Shown here: in pieces, positions 37,345-50,543 of the stretch
Layout of the letters: every line of letters begins with the position of its first letter
Position numbering within the stretch: position 1 is the first letter of the stretch
NCBI GenBank assembly: GCA_973895155.1
Contig: OZ316897.1
Coordinates: 18,987,111-19,051,110 of the forward strand
Reading direction: 5' to 3'
DNA: 64,000 bases
DNA from: Marsupella aquatica
Taxonomy: Eukaryota; Plantae; Marchantiophyta
The notes under the pieces: model-generated
What the model was told of the DNA's origin: nothing
Database searches by the model: none
Seen by the model: the letters and a program-made list of their open reading frames with translations, nothing else
Position numbers and translations under genes: made by a program

Positions 37345-38539
37345 CGCAGCTAACTTTTTCTCATCAAAATTGACGAGGAATCTATTTTAGGTTTGGCTGC
37401 TCTATGCTGCTGGTCGAGACTTCAAAAGTAATGAATCTGTGCAGGGAGTGCTTCAGAAATGCAGGGTGCATCAGTGGCCATCGATTCCAGGAGCCAGGGC
37501 TATGGTGGAAGTTCAATCTTGCACTCAAGTCGCGGCTGCATTGAAAGCTTCGACGCTGAAGCTATAGCGTGGGGGCATGGTTTTGGCCTCCCATTGGACT
37601 TGCACTTCAAGCCCAAGTTGAGATGAACTTTGTTTGTTGAGATCTTTGGCTATGTTGGGCCATTGCCTCCTCTAGCCTCTCCCCTCTGAAGACCAAAGAA
37701 GAGGAAAAAGTCCAAAACAACAACAAAATGGGCTGTGAGAATCCTGGTTCGAGTGCCCCAACGTGAACTGAGAAAGTGGCATCCACGTCCAAATTAACAG
37801 TGCATGCAAAGTGCTCTGTCACAGCATGACTCGTGCTTCCCCTTGTTCACCAAAGCAGCACAATTCATTGTTGTGCCATGTGTAACTTTCCCTGAATTGT
37901 GAGAAGTTCACTCATGGGTTTAGTCTGGCATTTATTGCACTTTTGGTATTTTAAACTTAGTGTGAGGAATAGAGAAATATTAACCAGGGTTTCCTCCCCG
38001 CAAACCAGGTGCACATCTTGCCCTTGTGCGGATTCCCCTTTTAAAGACAAATTTGCCTGGCATTAATATCATGACCCACCTTTCAAACTATCCTTTGGAC
38101 AGGATTCCCATAAAAGTTGAAAGTTCTCGTATTCAATACTTACTGTAGATTTTGATGTACTGTAGGAAGTACCAGTACGGTCCGTTACAATATACTCTGA
38201 TATACGGATTGTTACTTTGCAGAGGTCGCACTTTTCTCAATGTATGCGTCAGAAAGTACTGTATTTTTGGTGAGGTCTAGTGGTACTGAAGAGGACAGAG
38301 GGTGCCCAATTCAATGAAACGTCCGTATGGGGTGTTTCCAATGTGATCATATCGAATCTGTATCGAATCTATGGCCGAGTCAAAGCATTGGTTTGTCAAA
38401 CGAAGATAGAGAAAAGGCGCATCAGAATTAATAAATCATGGAAAAACACGAAAGAAAAAAAGAGTTCCAAAGAGTACAAACACTTAACCACAAAAAAGAA
38501 AAACAAATGTAAACCTAAAACATGACTATTCGTGGTCTT

Positions 38540-41500
38540 TGAGCTCCTGTCTATGGAGTTCAAACTGTAGCACAGTTTTCGCGCCATTTAGACTACTCTC
38601 CCGCACTCAGTTTTTCTCGGAATCCAGTTTTCTCAGTTGCATTAGCTTGCTCTTGCCGAGGCGCATCTTATCGATATAAAACACGTCCAAAACGGTGCCG
38701 TATCAACATACTTATGGTCACATTCGTTTTCGCCGTTTTTCAGTCGTTTTTCTGCGATTTCGTCTTCCTTTCGACGGTCATATCTCGGTCAATCTTTCAC
38801 GGATTTCAGATTTCTCAAGTGCTTTGTATAGCTCTTCTCCGGGAGTATCAGATTGATCCCAAGAGCGGTCCAATTGGTCTCCTATTGCCCCGATTGGACT
38901 TTGATTAGCTCTCACGTTTTTTCTTTAATTTCCACCGTTCTCACTTTCAATTAGCTTTAGGGTCCTGTAGCAGTTCCTCGTTCACGGAATCCGGCATTCT
39001 CATGTGATTTGGCCAGCTCTTGTCCGGGAGTGCAACATCTATCCCTACCGCGGTCCTTTTGGTGACATATCAACCACTTTCGGCTCCGATTACGATTCTG
39101 ATTTACACCTCCATTTTTGGTGACGGTTTCCCTTGATCAGCTTTGGAGCATTCCTGTCTTGCCACGTTTCTCCTCCGATTGGTGGTTGCCTTTCTTCTTC
39201 AGTTCTGACAAGGTGGTTTTTGCCAAGTTTAGTGGACCAGTTTGCATTCCACCATCTTTGGGAGCTGTATCAGCACGCTCAAATAGCGGAGAGATATTCA
39301 CTCGCATCGACTCCTCAACGGACACATCGACGAGAGCTCCAGCTTTGTTCCCGGCTGTGCCTACACGTGCTCAACGGTTTTCTAGGCTAGCGGGGGCGCC
39401 GCTTCTCGGATTTTGACGCGGTGGGCTCTCTCCATAGCCTTCCCTTTCTTTTCACATGTCTTGGTTGGGCCTTTTGTCGCTTCTTGATGCGCTTTTGCTT
39501 TTATCGGGTTGCGACCTGTCATGTCTACGTTGAGAGTGTTGGCGCGGGGCAAGCGCCCAGCCCCCCCACACAGTTCTCCCCCCTCCTCCCCCCCGCCTCG
39601 TGGTCGCCTTCGTGTTTGCTCTTCTTCATTGGATCTCTCTCATCTTCGTGATGACCCCATGTCCGATGTTCTGCCAGTCCCCCCAGTCTACTGCCCACCC
39701 CATCGACGCCCTGGCTCCTCTCCCCAGCCCATTCCCCCTCCACCCCTCCAGCATCCCCCTCCGGCCTCTTCATCCACGTCGGTTCCCCCCCCACCTCCTG
39801 TCCAGTCGGTCCCTGCTCCCTCCCCAGACGAGCGTCCCCTGCATACTTGTCCTGAGTGTGGCTGGGTTGGCCTCTCCCTTCCTCATCACCGCGGGCGGGG
39901 CCGGTGCCAACGTCGCCAGCAAGCCCAATCCCAGCCCCAGCCCCCTCTTGACCCAGTTAGCTCTGCCCCTCCTTCCTTGGAGGCTTCCGAGCAGGCATGG
40001 AGTTGGGTTCGCTCTCTAGACCCCCTTCCAGCCTACCATCCAGGGTACATTAGACCTCGCCTTTATAACCACATCCCACTAGCGTTGCGCCCATTAGTTC
40101 GGTCATCCTTGTTGCAACTCATGCAGCTTATCTTGGCGCATCCTATCGAGGTCTCCTATTGGTCTTTACTCATGCTTTTTCCACAGTGGACTCTTACCCT
40201 CCCTAGTCACGGTGGTCGTGTGGGTCATCGTGAGACTGCCTCTCGTATCCATCGTTTTCTGCGGGGAGATTGGGAACAGCTTCAGGAAGAGTACTTTCTT
40301 CAAGCCCGTTCCTTTACTACCCGTGCTTTGTCTGACCCAGCTCGCCACTCTCATCCTCTAGAGCACAGACGCCTTCGTCGCTCTTGTCGTTTGGCCCAGG
40401 CTGGTGAATATCGTCGTGCGGTCCAGGCCCTTTCTCCCACCACACCAGCCCCCCCTGGCGAGGTCACCTTGACGGCCCTTCAGGATCTCCATCCGCAGCC
40501 CTATGATCAGCTCCCTTTGTTCGTGGAGGATTTTGAGCCTGAGGAGGATCTTCAGTTTAGTAGGGACCACTTCACCTATGCTTTCCTCCATGCTCCGCGT
40601 TGCGCGGCTGGTGGCCCCTCTGGCTATGTCTTTGAGCATTTTCGTGATTTATTCCCCCCTGAGGATCCTCAGTCTGGTTTTCCAGTTTTCTTCTCCTTTT
40701 GCCAGTGTATTGCTGCCGGCCGTTTGCCTCCTCCCATCTCTCGGCTTTTGAGTGCTTCTCGTTTATTGGCCATGGCTAAGTCTTCACCGGGTGTTCGGCC
40801 CATAGCTATTGGAGAGGTCTTTCTTCGTCTGGTGTCTCGCGCACTTTCATCGCAGTATCGCTCTGCACTATCGGATCATCTCTCTCCACATCAGTTTGCA
40901 GTGGGCGTTCCTGGCGGTTGTGAGACAGTTATTGCGGGTATTCGTACTACCTTGGACCTCCACCCTGATTGGGTTGTCCTCCAGGTTGATGTCTCCAATG
41001 CTTTCAATACGGTTTCTCGGGCAGCAATTTTCGTGCTTTGAGGGCAGCGGATCCAGACATCCAGTCCCTTATCCCCTTTGTCCGTTGTTTTTATGGGTGT
41101 GAGGCCCCCCTCTTCTATAGTCATCACACCTCTACAGGAGTGTATACCACTCTTTCTTCTGCAGAAGGTACACGTCAGGGTGACCCTTTGGGTGGGCCTC
41201 TTTTTGCCATTGCCCATTTTACTGCTTTACGAGAAGCCTCCGCGGCCCACCCCCAGTGTATCTTCCCCTCCCTTTCAGATGACACCCACATCATTGGTCC
41301 ACCTTTTGCTGTTACTTCTGCCCTCGCCACCCTTTCCACCCATTTGTTGGGCCTCGGTTTACGAGTACAGCCGGTGAAGAGTCGTGCATGGAGTCCAGCT
41401 GGGTTACCCTCTGATCTTGCGCTTCCCCCTGGGTTCTTACGTCCTGCCGACGGTCTTCGGGTCCTTGGCTCCCCAGTCGGTACCGCCTCCTTTTGCTCAT

Positions 41501-43170
41501 CTTTCATTGCTGACGCTCTCCAGGCTGCCTTAGCCCCTACTCCTATGCTCCCTAAGTTAGCAGACTCTCAGGCAGCATTTGGGTTGTTATTGAGATGCAT
41601 CCACCCTCGTGCGTCCTATTTGGCTCGGACACATCCCCCTACCGAGGATCTTTCTCTACACCTCCGAGCGTTTGATGTCTCCATTCGTGAGACTTTGGCC
41701 TCTCTTTTAGAGCCAGGTACTTTACTCTCATCTCCGTGGCTTCATCGACAGCTCAGTCTTCCTATTTCTCACGGTGGTTTTGGGCTTACTTCCACTGAGC
41801 GCCTTGCACCTTTGGCCTTCTTGGGCGCGTGGGCGGCCGCCTTCTCATTGTTGGCAGATCGTTTCCTTACTGAGGATCGACCTTTTTTACTTTCATCTCT
41901 CATGGAGGTCAAGGAGGGTTCCCTCCCATTTCAGGTTCATTTGCGCACGGCTCGGTCATCATTACCCGATCCTGTTCGAGCTGCGTTACCTTCATTCCAG
42001 GAGTTTTTATCCTTGGACCCCGTCCGTCTTCAGGCAGACCTTGCTGGGCGTATGCACGCTTTCACCCTCTCCAGCATCCTCACCGAGGCACCTGACACGG
42101 ACCGAGCTCGGATTCTTTCTTCCGGAGGGAAGGGCGCAGGAGGCTGGCTTCAGGCCAATCCAATCATTCCTCACCTGCGGATGTCTTCAGCGGAGTTTGC
42201 GACAGCCATGCGTCTTCGTATGGGCTTGCCCCACCCACTTCTTGCTGGTTTACCTCCTACTTGCACTTGTGGGAAGCCTTGTGATGCCACAGGTGTCCAT
42301 CTTCTTCGATGCAGTTTGGGCGGCGAAACCATTTTTGTTCACGACGCTGTGAGAGATGCGACTGCTCAGGTTCTCTCTGGCTCTTTGGTCTACGCGCGGC
42401 GGGAGGTGGTGCTCGAGTTACCTGGTCCTCCATCACAGCGGTTACGGGTGGATCTTACCATGGTCCGTGACGGTCACCGTACTTTGGCAGATGTAGTGGT
42501 GGCAAACCCATTGCGCCAAGACATCATTGGGACAGCGGCAACAACGGCAGGGGCAGCAGCATCACGAGCAGCACAAACGAAGGAGGCCAAATATGCTGCA
42601 CGAGCTTCATCTGATAGCTTCCTGCCCCTTGCTCTTGAGATATTTGGGCGTCTTCATCATCAGTTCGACGGGCTTCTTCGCCAAGCTGCTCGGGATGTTC
42701 ACGGCCGGATGGGTCCACCGGGCCCCCGCTATCTGTTTTGACCACGCACTTTCGCCAACGCATTTCAGTCACCTTACAGCGTGCTCAAGCTCGGGCCGTC
42801 TATCGTCGATCTCTGACAGTGGGTGCTAGTGTGACTCCGCAGCGGCTAGCCCCCCTAGAGGACATTCCTGTCCCACTTGCCGATCTAGTTTCGACACTTG
42901 ATGTAGACCACTAGCTTGTAGCCACATTTGCTAGGTATGATGAGGACCTCGGTCCATTTGCGGTAGTTTTAGTTACTCTTTCTTGGTTTTTAGGGGTTTC
43001 CTTTTGCTCACTTCTTTTAGTTCCTCTTTCTTGGTTTTTAGGGTTTCCTTTTGCTCACTTCTTTTGCGTTTGGTTTTGTCCACTTGGGACCTCTCTTGTT
43101 TATTCTTTTGTACTTTATTTGGCCTTTTTCTGTATAAAGTATGTGTATATTCCCCCAATAAAAAGAGAAA
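38540..43170 (+). mobile_element. CRE-like (RLE-type) non-LTR retrotransposon, near full length; 5' boundary uncertain
   Basis: Single long RT+RLE reading frame, CpG-rich repetitive 5' region, T-rich 3' UTR ending CCCCAATAAAAGAGAAAA. No TSD identified. Confidence 0.8.
39521..42914 (+). CDS. Zn finger - reverse transcriptase - CCHC - restriction-like endonuclease polyprotein (2 frameshifts)
   Basis: CPEC..HH..C; AAGGPSG; KSSPGVRPIAIGEVFLRL; QFAVG; LQVDVSNAFNTVSR; GTRQGDPLG; SLSDDTHIIG; LPISHGGFG; CTC..H..C..HDAVRD; RVDL..LADVVV..KEAKY; PLALEIFG; RQRISVTLQRAQA. Frameshifts at ~41030 and ~42727. Confidence 0.93.
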
Positions 43171-46100
43171 AGTGTCAAACATTACATGATTGCAAACTCA
43201 ATGACTTCTAAATTTGCAAAAGTGCATGAATAAACTCCCACTGTATTTGAAGCCCCTTTTTGTGTTTTCACTTTTTGTGTTTGCAGGGGATTGTGTTAGT
43301 CTTATCTTTCCTTGGAAGTGTTAGTCTTATCTTTGAAGATTGGTTCATATGATTCATTAATTTTGTATCTTTCATGATCAATGTAGAATACTGAACATTT
43401 TGCTCAAGTTAAAATTTCTTTGTTTGTCATGAGCTTGAACACAACTCCATGGCAATGGCGCCATGTTTTGGGGGGCAGACAGTAGTAGAAACCACATGGA
43501 GGTCAGCTAATTTCTCTCTTTTTCTCAGACTATACATGTTACATGGGTAACTGAAGCGTGTAAGGAAAAAGACTGCCAAATTTGGAAACTCATAGTTGTC
43601 GCTAATTACAATGAAAGTTGATGACAGTCAGCTAGTTTGGAACGATCTTCCTAAGCAGTTTGGAACGAGCCTTCGTTGGAAGAAATTGGAAGGGAAAATG
43701 TATGTGTCAAAAGTTGTTAGAAGTCGAAATATTATGAGAGGGAGAGTGTGGAGTGTCAGCGCCCAAGGGGGCCAAAAGGTTCACGAGCTTAGTCCATCAT
43801 ACATCTTTTTCTCTTTTCTTTTTGTTTTGGAAGATACGCACAAAAGCGGACACGGAAGCCCTTTCCCAAGCGCACGATGGACTGCATTGTGTTGGAAATG
43901 AAGGGTGGGGGTGCGCTTAGACTATTACTCTTTCCTTTACGGTGCTGCAAAGGACCGGACAAGCCTGACTGGGTAAAGTACAGTACACTGTATTGCATGG
44001 AGATGCAGCAGGATTCGGTCACTGCGAGTCCGTGACTTGAGACTGGCGGTGGCGCTTCTGCGGGATGACTGCCGGTGACCTGAGACTGACGGTTGCACCT
44101 GTACGAGATGACTGGCTTTCAGGTTGAACTAAACCTGGCTAAACCTGGCGCCACTACAGTAGTAGGAACAGCGATAATCGTAGCGAGTAACTTGTTGAGA
44201 ATAGTCCTCACCACTAGGGTATCTTACACAGTCCCCAAGCAAAATCTAAAAAACTAATAAAGAGCACTTTTTTGTCCTTCCCAAACCTAGTGGATAGTGG
44301 TGGTTTCCCAAACCTAGTGGATAGTGGTGGTTTATTGGTTTAAGCTAGTTGGTCCATGGAGATTTGTCAGGTCAAAAATTTGCGGCTATAAAACATTATA
44401 CCACCACCTACTACAGGTTTTCAGTGGATGCTAATGCATGGGCACCTTTCAAGAATTGACTGAGTCCAGGGAGACATGGTTATGTGGTAGCTCAATTGAG
44501 TGGAGATTAATAGGTATTGGATTCAACTCTTGTGAGTGACTGTTCCTTTTCTGTGGGGTGTCACAGACTTCTCCTTAACTTTAAATAATAATGAAAATTG
44601 ACTGAGCCCCTCAAGAAAAGTGCACAATTTGAAACATCATACACCTACACTGTGCATTTATAACTATTGTTACTCACACTAAATATGCAACATATTTGGG
44701 CTCTACCCATGAATTAGTGTTACTTACACTAATTTTGTTACAAGACTATTTGCAAGCACATGACTTAGTGTTACTCTGGTGTCAAGAGTGCAAAATAATG
44801 GACAACTAACACTTTACACAAAAACAAGGAGCAAAACTAACAGAGTAGAATGATTACAAATATATTAATTAATGAGACAAGAAAGAACATGTGTTGAAAT
44901 TTTCAATGGGCAATTCTTGTTATACAACAGTTCTTGGTTTGCAGTGTTATTTCTCAAAAAATAAAAACCCAATTCGCCAGGGCCAACAGAGCTCCTACTG
45001 TAGTGAGTGAATCACATCCACTCTGAACGCGGAAACAATTGTAGTGACGGTACTGTTTAGCTGGTTTATGACTCAATATGGGCCGTTGGATTGGACTGGC
45101 ATTTCAGTTCACGCGCTCCCATCTCTGTATGATGAGTGGGCAACGACCCTACGTACCGCCTTACAAAGGGAGGTACTGCAGGATGTCAGTCGTATTTTTC
45201 GTTGGTCTGTCGGTCCGTCAAATCCTCAAAGGCAAGCTGGTGAAACAGTTGAACTGTTCGGGGGTGTTGAAGGAATGGTAAGAGGGGCATTGGCGAATAG
45301 GACAAGAAGGTTTAAAAGGATGGGAATTATAGGAAGCATCAAGTAGATGAGGTTTTTGGAGGTTGGGAAAACTAGGCATACCGCTACTGTGGACCTCAAT
45401 AATTGGTGAGAACACAAATAATCTGCTTTGATTTCCCACCCCGTCTAGGCATCTATGGCTACCTTTCTGCCCCTCCTTGCTGAATCACAGTCTCATTGCT
45501 TCACTTTAGGCCATAGTCCTTATTCAAGTTTCTTTTTGTGACCCTATAGATAGACTAGGGTAGTTGCGCATTTCATAACTTTAATCAAATTCTCATGCAT
45601 GTCGGGTTGGTGGGAGTGTGCCAAGCGTTTGAGCAGATAGAATTTCTAAGAAAAGCAACAGGCTGCGCATGGCCTTTAATTAATTTCTCACAAAACCCTA
45701 AACTGTTCTCACATGCTTCTCTAAGGTATTCGTGGCATGTATTCGTGGCAGAATAATTACACAGGAATTTCCAAAATTATATGAAAAAATTAGAAGACCT
45801 CTGACAAAAACACTTAAAAAAAAAACAATCCCCTATGATTGCACCAGTCCCTCAACTAGTCAATCTACGCTTGCACACAATGTTACAGATAATTTTCATT
45901 TTGTCATGCAAGAAGGTGTGAATTTGCTTTGTTGGCCGTGTCTACAAGCATTATGGTAATAAAACTGCACTTTGCATAGGGCACGTCGAATCTGGCATAA
46001 AAATCAAGGGTCAAAACAATAGCTCAGATAAGTAGTAGAACGAAGTACTCGTAGAGTTACCAGTGTTATAGAAGGAGTCAGACCAGAAGGTCAAGAAGGG

Positions 46101-47155
46101 AGCCAGGAGGGAGGTAAGGCCAGCAGTTCTTTAGTTGAGAAAACTTGCCAAATGTCACCTCCACGACAGACATTTTGGGCAAAACCTAGACATATATTTT
46201 GTCTTGAACTAGCTACTGTAGTTCTCCATTAGCTAGAATCTGACAGGTAACCGTAAGTCGAGGGAGATCTCAAGGCCAGAAAATAATCTAAGAAAATTAG
46301 ATAAGGACTCTTCTGCGCACACCTTGGCCCAATAGACATCAGCCCCCAATTTGTCCAGGTTGGATCCCTAGGTATTGTCCCCCCTGTGGCAACCCTAGAG
46401 AATCCCATGCTCCAGAGCAAAAAGTCTATCTTTTGTTGGATAGGTCTGCTATAGGCCTTCAAGGCAAAATCTAATCAAGAAAGAGCAATAAGTTAGTTCC
46501 TGGGCCTACTGTCTGGAGTGAAACCTATGGACTGTAATTCTAATTGAAAGCATAATTGAAAGCATAATTGAAAATGAAGGTGCAGAAAAAAATTTAAAAA
46601 TGAGGCAAAGATGAATAGAAAAGAAAGCTGAATCCCTGATTTTGTATGGTTTTTTTGGTCTCCTCTTCTCCTCTCTATTTATGTTCTATTTATTTATGTT
46701 CTATTTATTTATGTTCAAGGAAGGGCTCTTCTCACTCTCTCTATTAATGTTCAAAGAAGTGTTAATGAGGCTAGTGAAAAGACATTCGTCACACTGCCAA
46801 AAGGAACAAGGAAAAGCCTTTAACTACCCTGGGGAGAGCGACCCCAAAGGCAAAGAGAGGGAGAGCGAGGGGTAGATTTTTAAGAGCATTGTGATGTCCA
46901 TTGATCATGGGCGGATAAATGCGAGAGTGAGTGAGTGAGAAGGGGGGCAGAGCAGCCATTCGGAAATTGAGTGTGTGCTGTGCAACAGTAGTGCAGCAGG
47001 AGGACTGGAGGACAAGTCAGACGAGAGAGGAAGAAAAGGTGCAGACAGAGCCTACCCTGAGAGGACACAGACACAGGCACAGGCACAGAGAGAGTCAGGG
47101 CAGTCAGTGAGTGGGGGAGTCAGTGAGATCGAGGGCGGAGCTCTGGTGCTGCAGC

Positions 47156-50100
47156 ATGAACAGGAGGACAGGCGAGGCATGCGGAACGAAAGAGAGGAAC
47201 GTGGGGACTATTAAGCGATCGTGGAGCGCATCTTACAGTTCTCCAATCGCCAAGAGGAGGAGCGGTTCCTCTCCTGTAGCGGTGTGCAAAATTTTTTCTC
47301 CTCCGAATTTGTCTGTCGATGTATTTTCCTTATGCAATCTTGGTGTGTGTGCGTGTGTGTCTCTGTTGCGAGTGAGCGTCGTGTGTGGTGGATTGGGTGT
47401 GTGTGGGGAGTGTCCGGTAGCGGTTGGAGCTCATGGAAGGGATGTGATGAGTGTGCCAGCGGCACCTTATATGTTTGCCTGCTTCGGAGAGGCGGGTTGT
47501 GATCAGAGACGTGGTTTGGGGGGAAGGGAGAAGAGAATTCGGAATGTTCTTAGATTTGAGAAACGGAGGTGGGGTGGTGGTAGTGGTGCTTTTCCTTGTT
47601 TTGCCGGGAGCGGAATAGATGCAGATGGCTCATTGGGGCTCGCGGGAGATTCTGAGGGGGGTAGCATGGTCCCCAGACAATCGCAGGTAAGCGGTCTTAA
47701 GCGAGTCGCGAAGCAGGGATCTCTCCACATTGCACAGTTTGGACTGCTGAATGGTCTCCCCCACACCCAATCGTCCGTTTGCTGTCCTCTGTAGTATCTC
47801 TCTCGAGGATCAAAATTGGCGGAGCCTGAAGTTCTCCTGCATGTTGATGAACTTTTCTTTAATTGCACGAGGGCACAGCTAAAGCATTTTCGTAACGAAA
47901 GAAGCATGGGAAGGCCTGCTGTTATTCCTTAGTGCGAGAGAAGATCGGCATGAGCAGTGAGACTAATTTCTCCTATCGGGAATCCAGGATCGATTGCACT
48001 TCTGCCTTGATAGGCCGCATGTCTCACAAAATCCTTGGACCGAAGGTGGTTTCCTTTTCCATCCATGACGCCCGTAGTAATTCATCTGCTGTAGTGTAAT
48101 AGAAGCCGTCCAGATGCTTCCGCATTTCAAAGTTCAAAGCAAAACACATTTGTCCATGTAAATACTATGCATATGTTTCAAAGTTCAATGCAAGTAATGT
48201 CGACGTTAGTTTTGCTACGCATAGAATTAAGTTATCGTTACTGCTTTGCGTCACTCTTTGGAATCTACATGGGAAGAAATGTTTGGTTACAAATAATCAG
48301 AAGAAAGAGAAATGGGCAGAACGAGAGAGAGAGAGAGATGTACTCTTTTGTGGTTGCTGGATCTGATACAGTGAGAACAGATTGGGAAGCAGTGAAGTGC
48401 TGTTGTTATCGTTATGGTCAGTTACAAGATAAACAGAAACCGTGTTACAACTGCTGAGCATTGCCAGTCTCTATCGAAACATGTATGCGATGTCGCAAGT
48501 TTCACCGGAAGTTCAACCAAGACGACCACGAACCTAGTTCGCTTGAATCTCCTCTTTAACCGCCTACAATGCTGTTTCTCCTTACGAGTTTATCGATATG
48601 CCGTCGCTGTTTGTTGACCACTAGACTCCGTTTCCGTGAGATTGTTCGGGAGGACAAACTATCGAACAGGAGCTGATGCTCTTTTCTGGTGCATTGCAGG
48701 TGTACGATCCGTCTCTGGCAAAGAAGGTATGTCACCAACGTCTGGTCTGACATTAAATCCTGATGTGGCTAGAGATTGAGTTTCTTTTGCCTGGCTTCCT
48801 GTTTTGTAAGCGTTTCAAATGAGAAAGACGTAAGAAACGAGGGGTCATCCGATTTTCATGTCTCGTTCCGCAATGAACTACCTCTCAGCCGATTTTCATG
48901 TCTCACAATGAACTACCTCTCTCCTCCTCCCCTTACAATTTTTCGCCAAATCGTCCATCTCACGGCTGCGCTTAATAGACTTCCGCAACCCTATGACGGT
49001 GATTTTTTCAAGAACCTGTCAAATATACGTCCAGATCAGGCTTGAAACACCAATGAATCGTATTTGTTTCTCAAGAATTGTTAGCGAAATGAACCGATCT
49101 GGAACAGCTAACGGGTTAACTTATGCGTCTTGTGAAATGGTAGACTTTGGGTAGAGCTGAACGAACTCTATATGAGAGACTAAAGGACAGTGAGGAGATG
49201 ATGCCATTGCCAGTATTGTATTACGAAGATGTAAATGAAGAAGCGTTCATGAGCCCAAAAGGTGCTCTGGATGAATACTTGTTCGAGAATGTGCCGGTAC
49301 CACGCCCTCTCCACCCGAATGTATTTACGTTCATACCATACCGTCAGCCCGTCGTTATCGCTTACGACGAATCTCTCTGTCCTGGCTTACGCAAATGATC
49401 TCCAATTGATCTTCAAGATCCTGGCCTTGGATAAATTGTTATTTAGCGGCACAAATATTTGTTTGCATCTGGGGTGATCGTCACAAAGTCCGTCGTCTGG
49501 ATTTGTTGCCAGCCGCACATAATTTCTGTGAGTTGATTGCCTGTCGCTGCATGGAACTCGTAGTGTCAAGATCGGGGTCTTCTTCATGTTCTCTTCGTCT
49601 TCCTTTTCCCCTGGTTGTCGTCAGGGTTCGCACTAAGAGAATTAACCAAGACGTCGCATTACAGGATGCAACTATGCAACTGGGCCAGGAGCGACACAGA
49701 CGAGAGGTCTGCAGCTCCAAGATACAAGTAATTTTCTACTTCTAGAGACTGACGGTAATGCGAGACAAGGGCGTCCGGCGATTGCCCTCTTCTTACACAT
49801 CAAAGATTATTTTGAATTTTAGGGATTCGAGAGAAGATTAGTCAATTTCACTTGCTCCTGGCCTGTTCCTCTTTCCTTAAAGGTGACAAGGGTCACACGG
49901 TTAGAAAATATCGGGATAATATTACGAGAAGCCACCTTTACCAGTCAGTTATTTGCCCCGCGCGATTGGGCTATCATAGTGCATAGCAGGTGATGAAATG
50001 CTGGTGATGAGAGAGAAACTCCTTTTCATCATTGCTGATATCGTACAAAAACTGTTCCTTTCAGCATCGTTTCCTCATATTGGCATTACTTCCTGCAGGA

Positions 50101-50543
50101 GATCGAGAGGGAGCTCCAGGAATTTTCAGAGGTTTTCGGCAGCAAGTTGGTGGAGTTAAAGTAAGTTGCAGAGCCTCAATTCTAAGATAGTTTCGGATTC
50201 TATGCAATCAGGAAAATGACCCGGAGTTAGAGCTAGTGGTGGTACGTCCCCATATCGAGAATGCCAATATATCTTGATCTTCTCTTAGATAAAACTCATG
50301 AGTACAGATCGGCAGAGGTATCGTTGGGTACGATCGGCCGATACCTCCTTGTCGCAGGCGGAGTGTAATAAGTGGCGTTGCTATCTGTGCAGAAAGTCAA
50401 TGGGGGAATTCGCACAATCGATGAAAGAACTCATGCATTATGACGAAGGTAATTATATAGAAGACAGATTGTGGGAAGAAGCCGACACCAATAGCAAGGC
50501 TGTTGACACAGTGACGTCTAGTCAAAGTCCGCCTTATCGCTGA
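47156..50543 (+). CDS. Spliced gene of unknown function (exon model partly uncertain)
   Basis: GT-AG-bounded open exons: ..PRQSQ (donor ~47687), VYDPSLAKK (~48700-48726), TLGRAERTLYERLKDSEEMMPLPVLYYED.. (~49144), VRTKRINQDVALQDA.. (~49626-49726), EIERELQEFSEVFGSKLVEL (~50099-50160), KSMGEFAQSMKELM..SPPYR* (~50393-50543). Start and one junction unresolved. Confidence 0.55.

Noticed and set aside
42936-42965. Hammerhead ribozyme (TGATGAG-GACC-TC-GGTC-C)
   Set aside because: Lacks the CUGAUGA C and the obligatory GAAA after stem II (ATTT follows), in both this copy and the 28.5-kb copy.
44480-44535. tRNA gene or SINE head (TAGCTCAATTG ... GATTCAACTCT)
   Set aside because: No cloverleaf can be formed and the boxes are too degenerate to call.
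44155-45002. TA-CAGTAG...CTACTG-TA Tc1/pogo-like MITE
   Set aside because: The inverted match is only ~8 bp, and TACTGTAG occurs at several unrelated places.
45044-46462. Short ORFs that might be retroelement fragments
   Set aside because: No diagnostic gag, RT, RNase H or integrase motif could be recognised.
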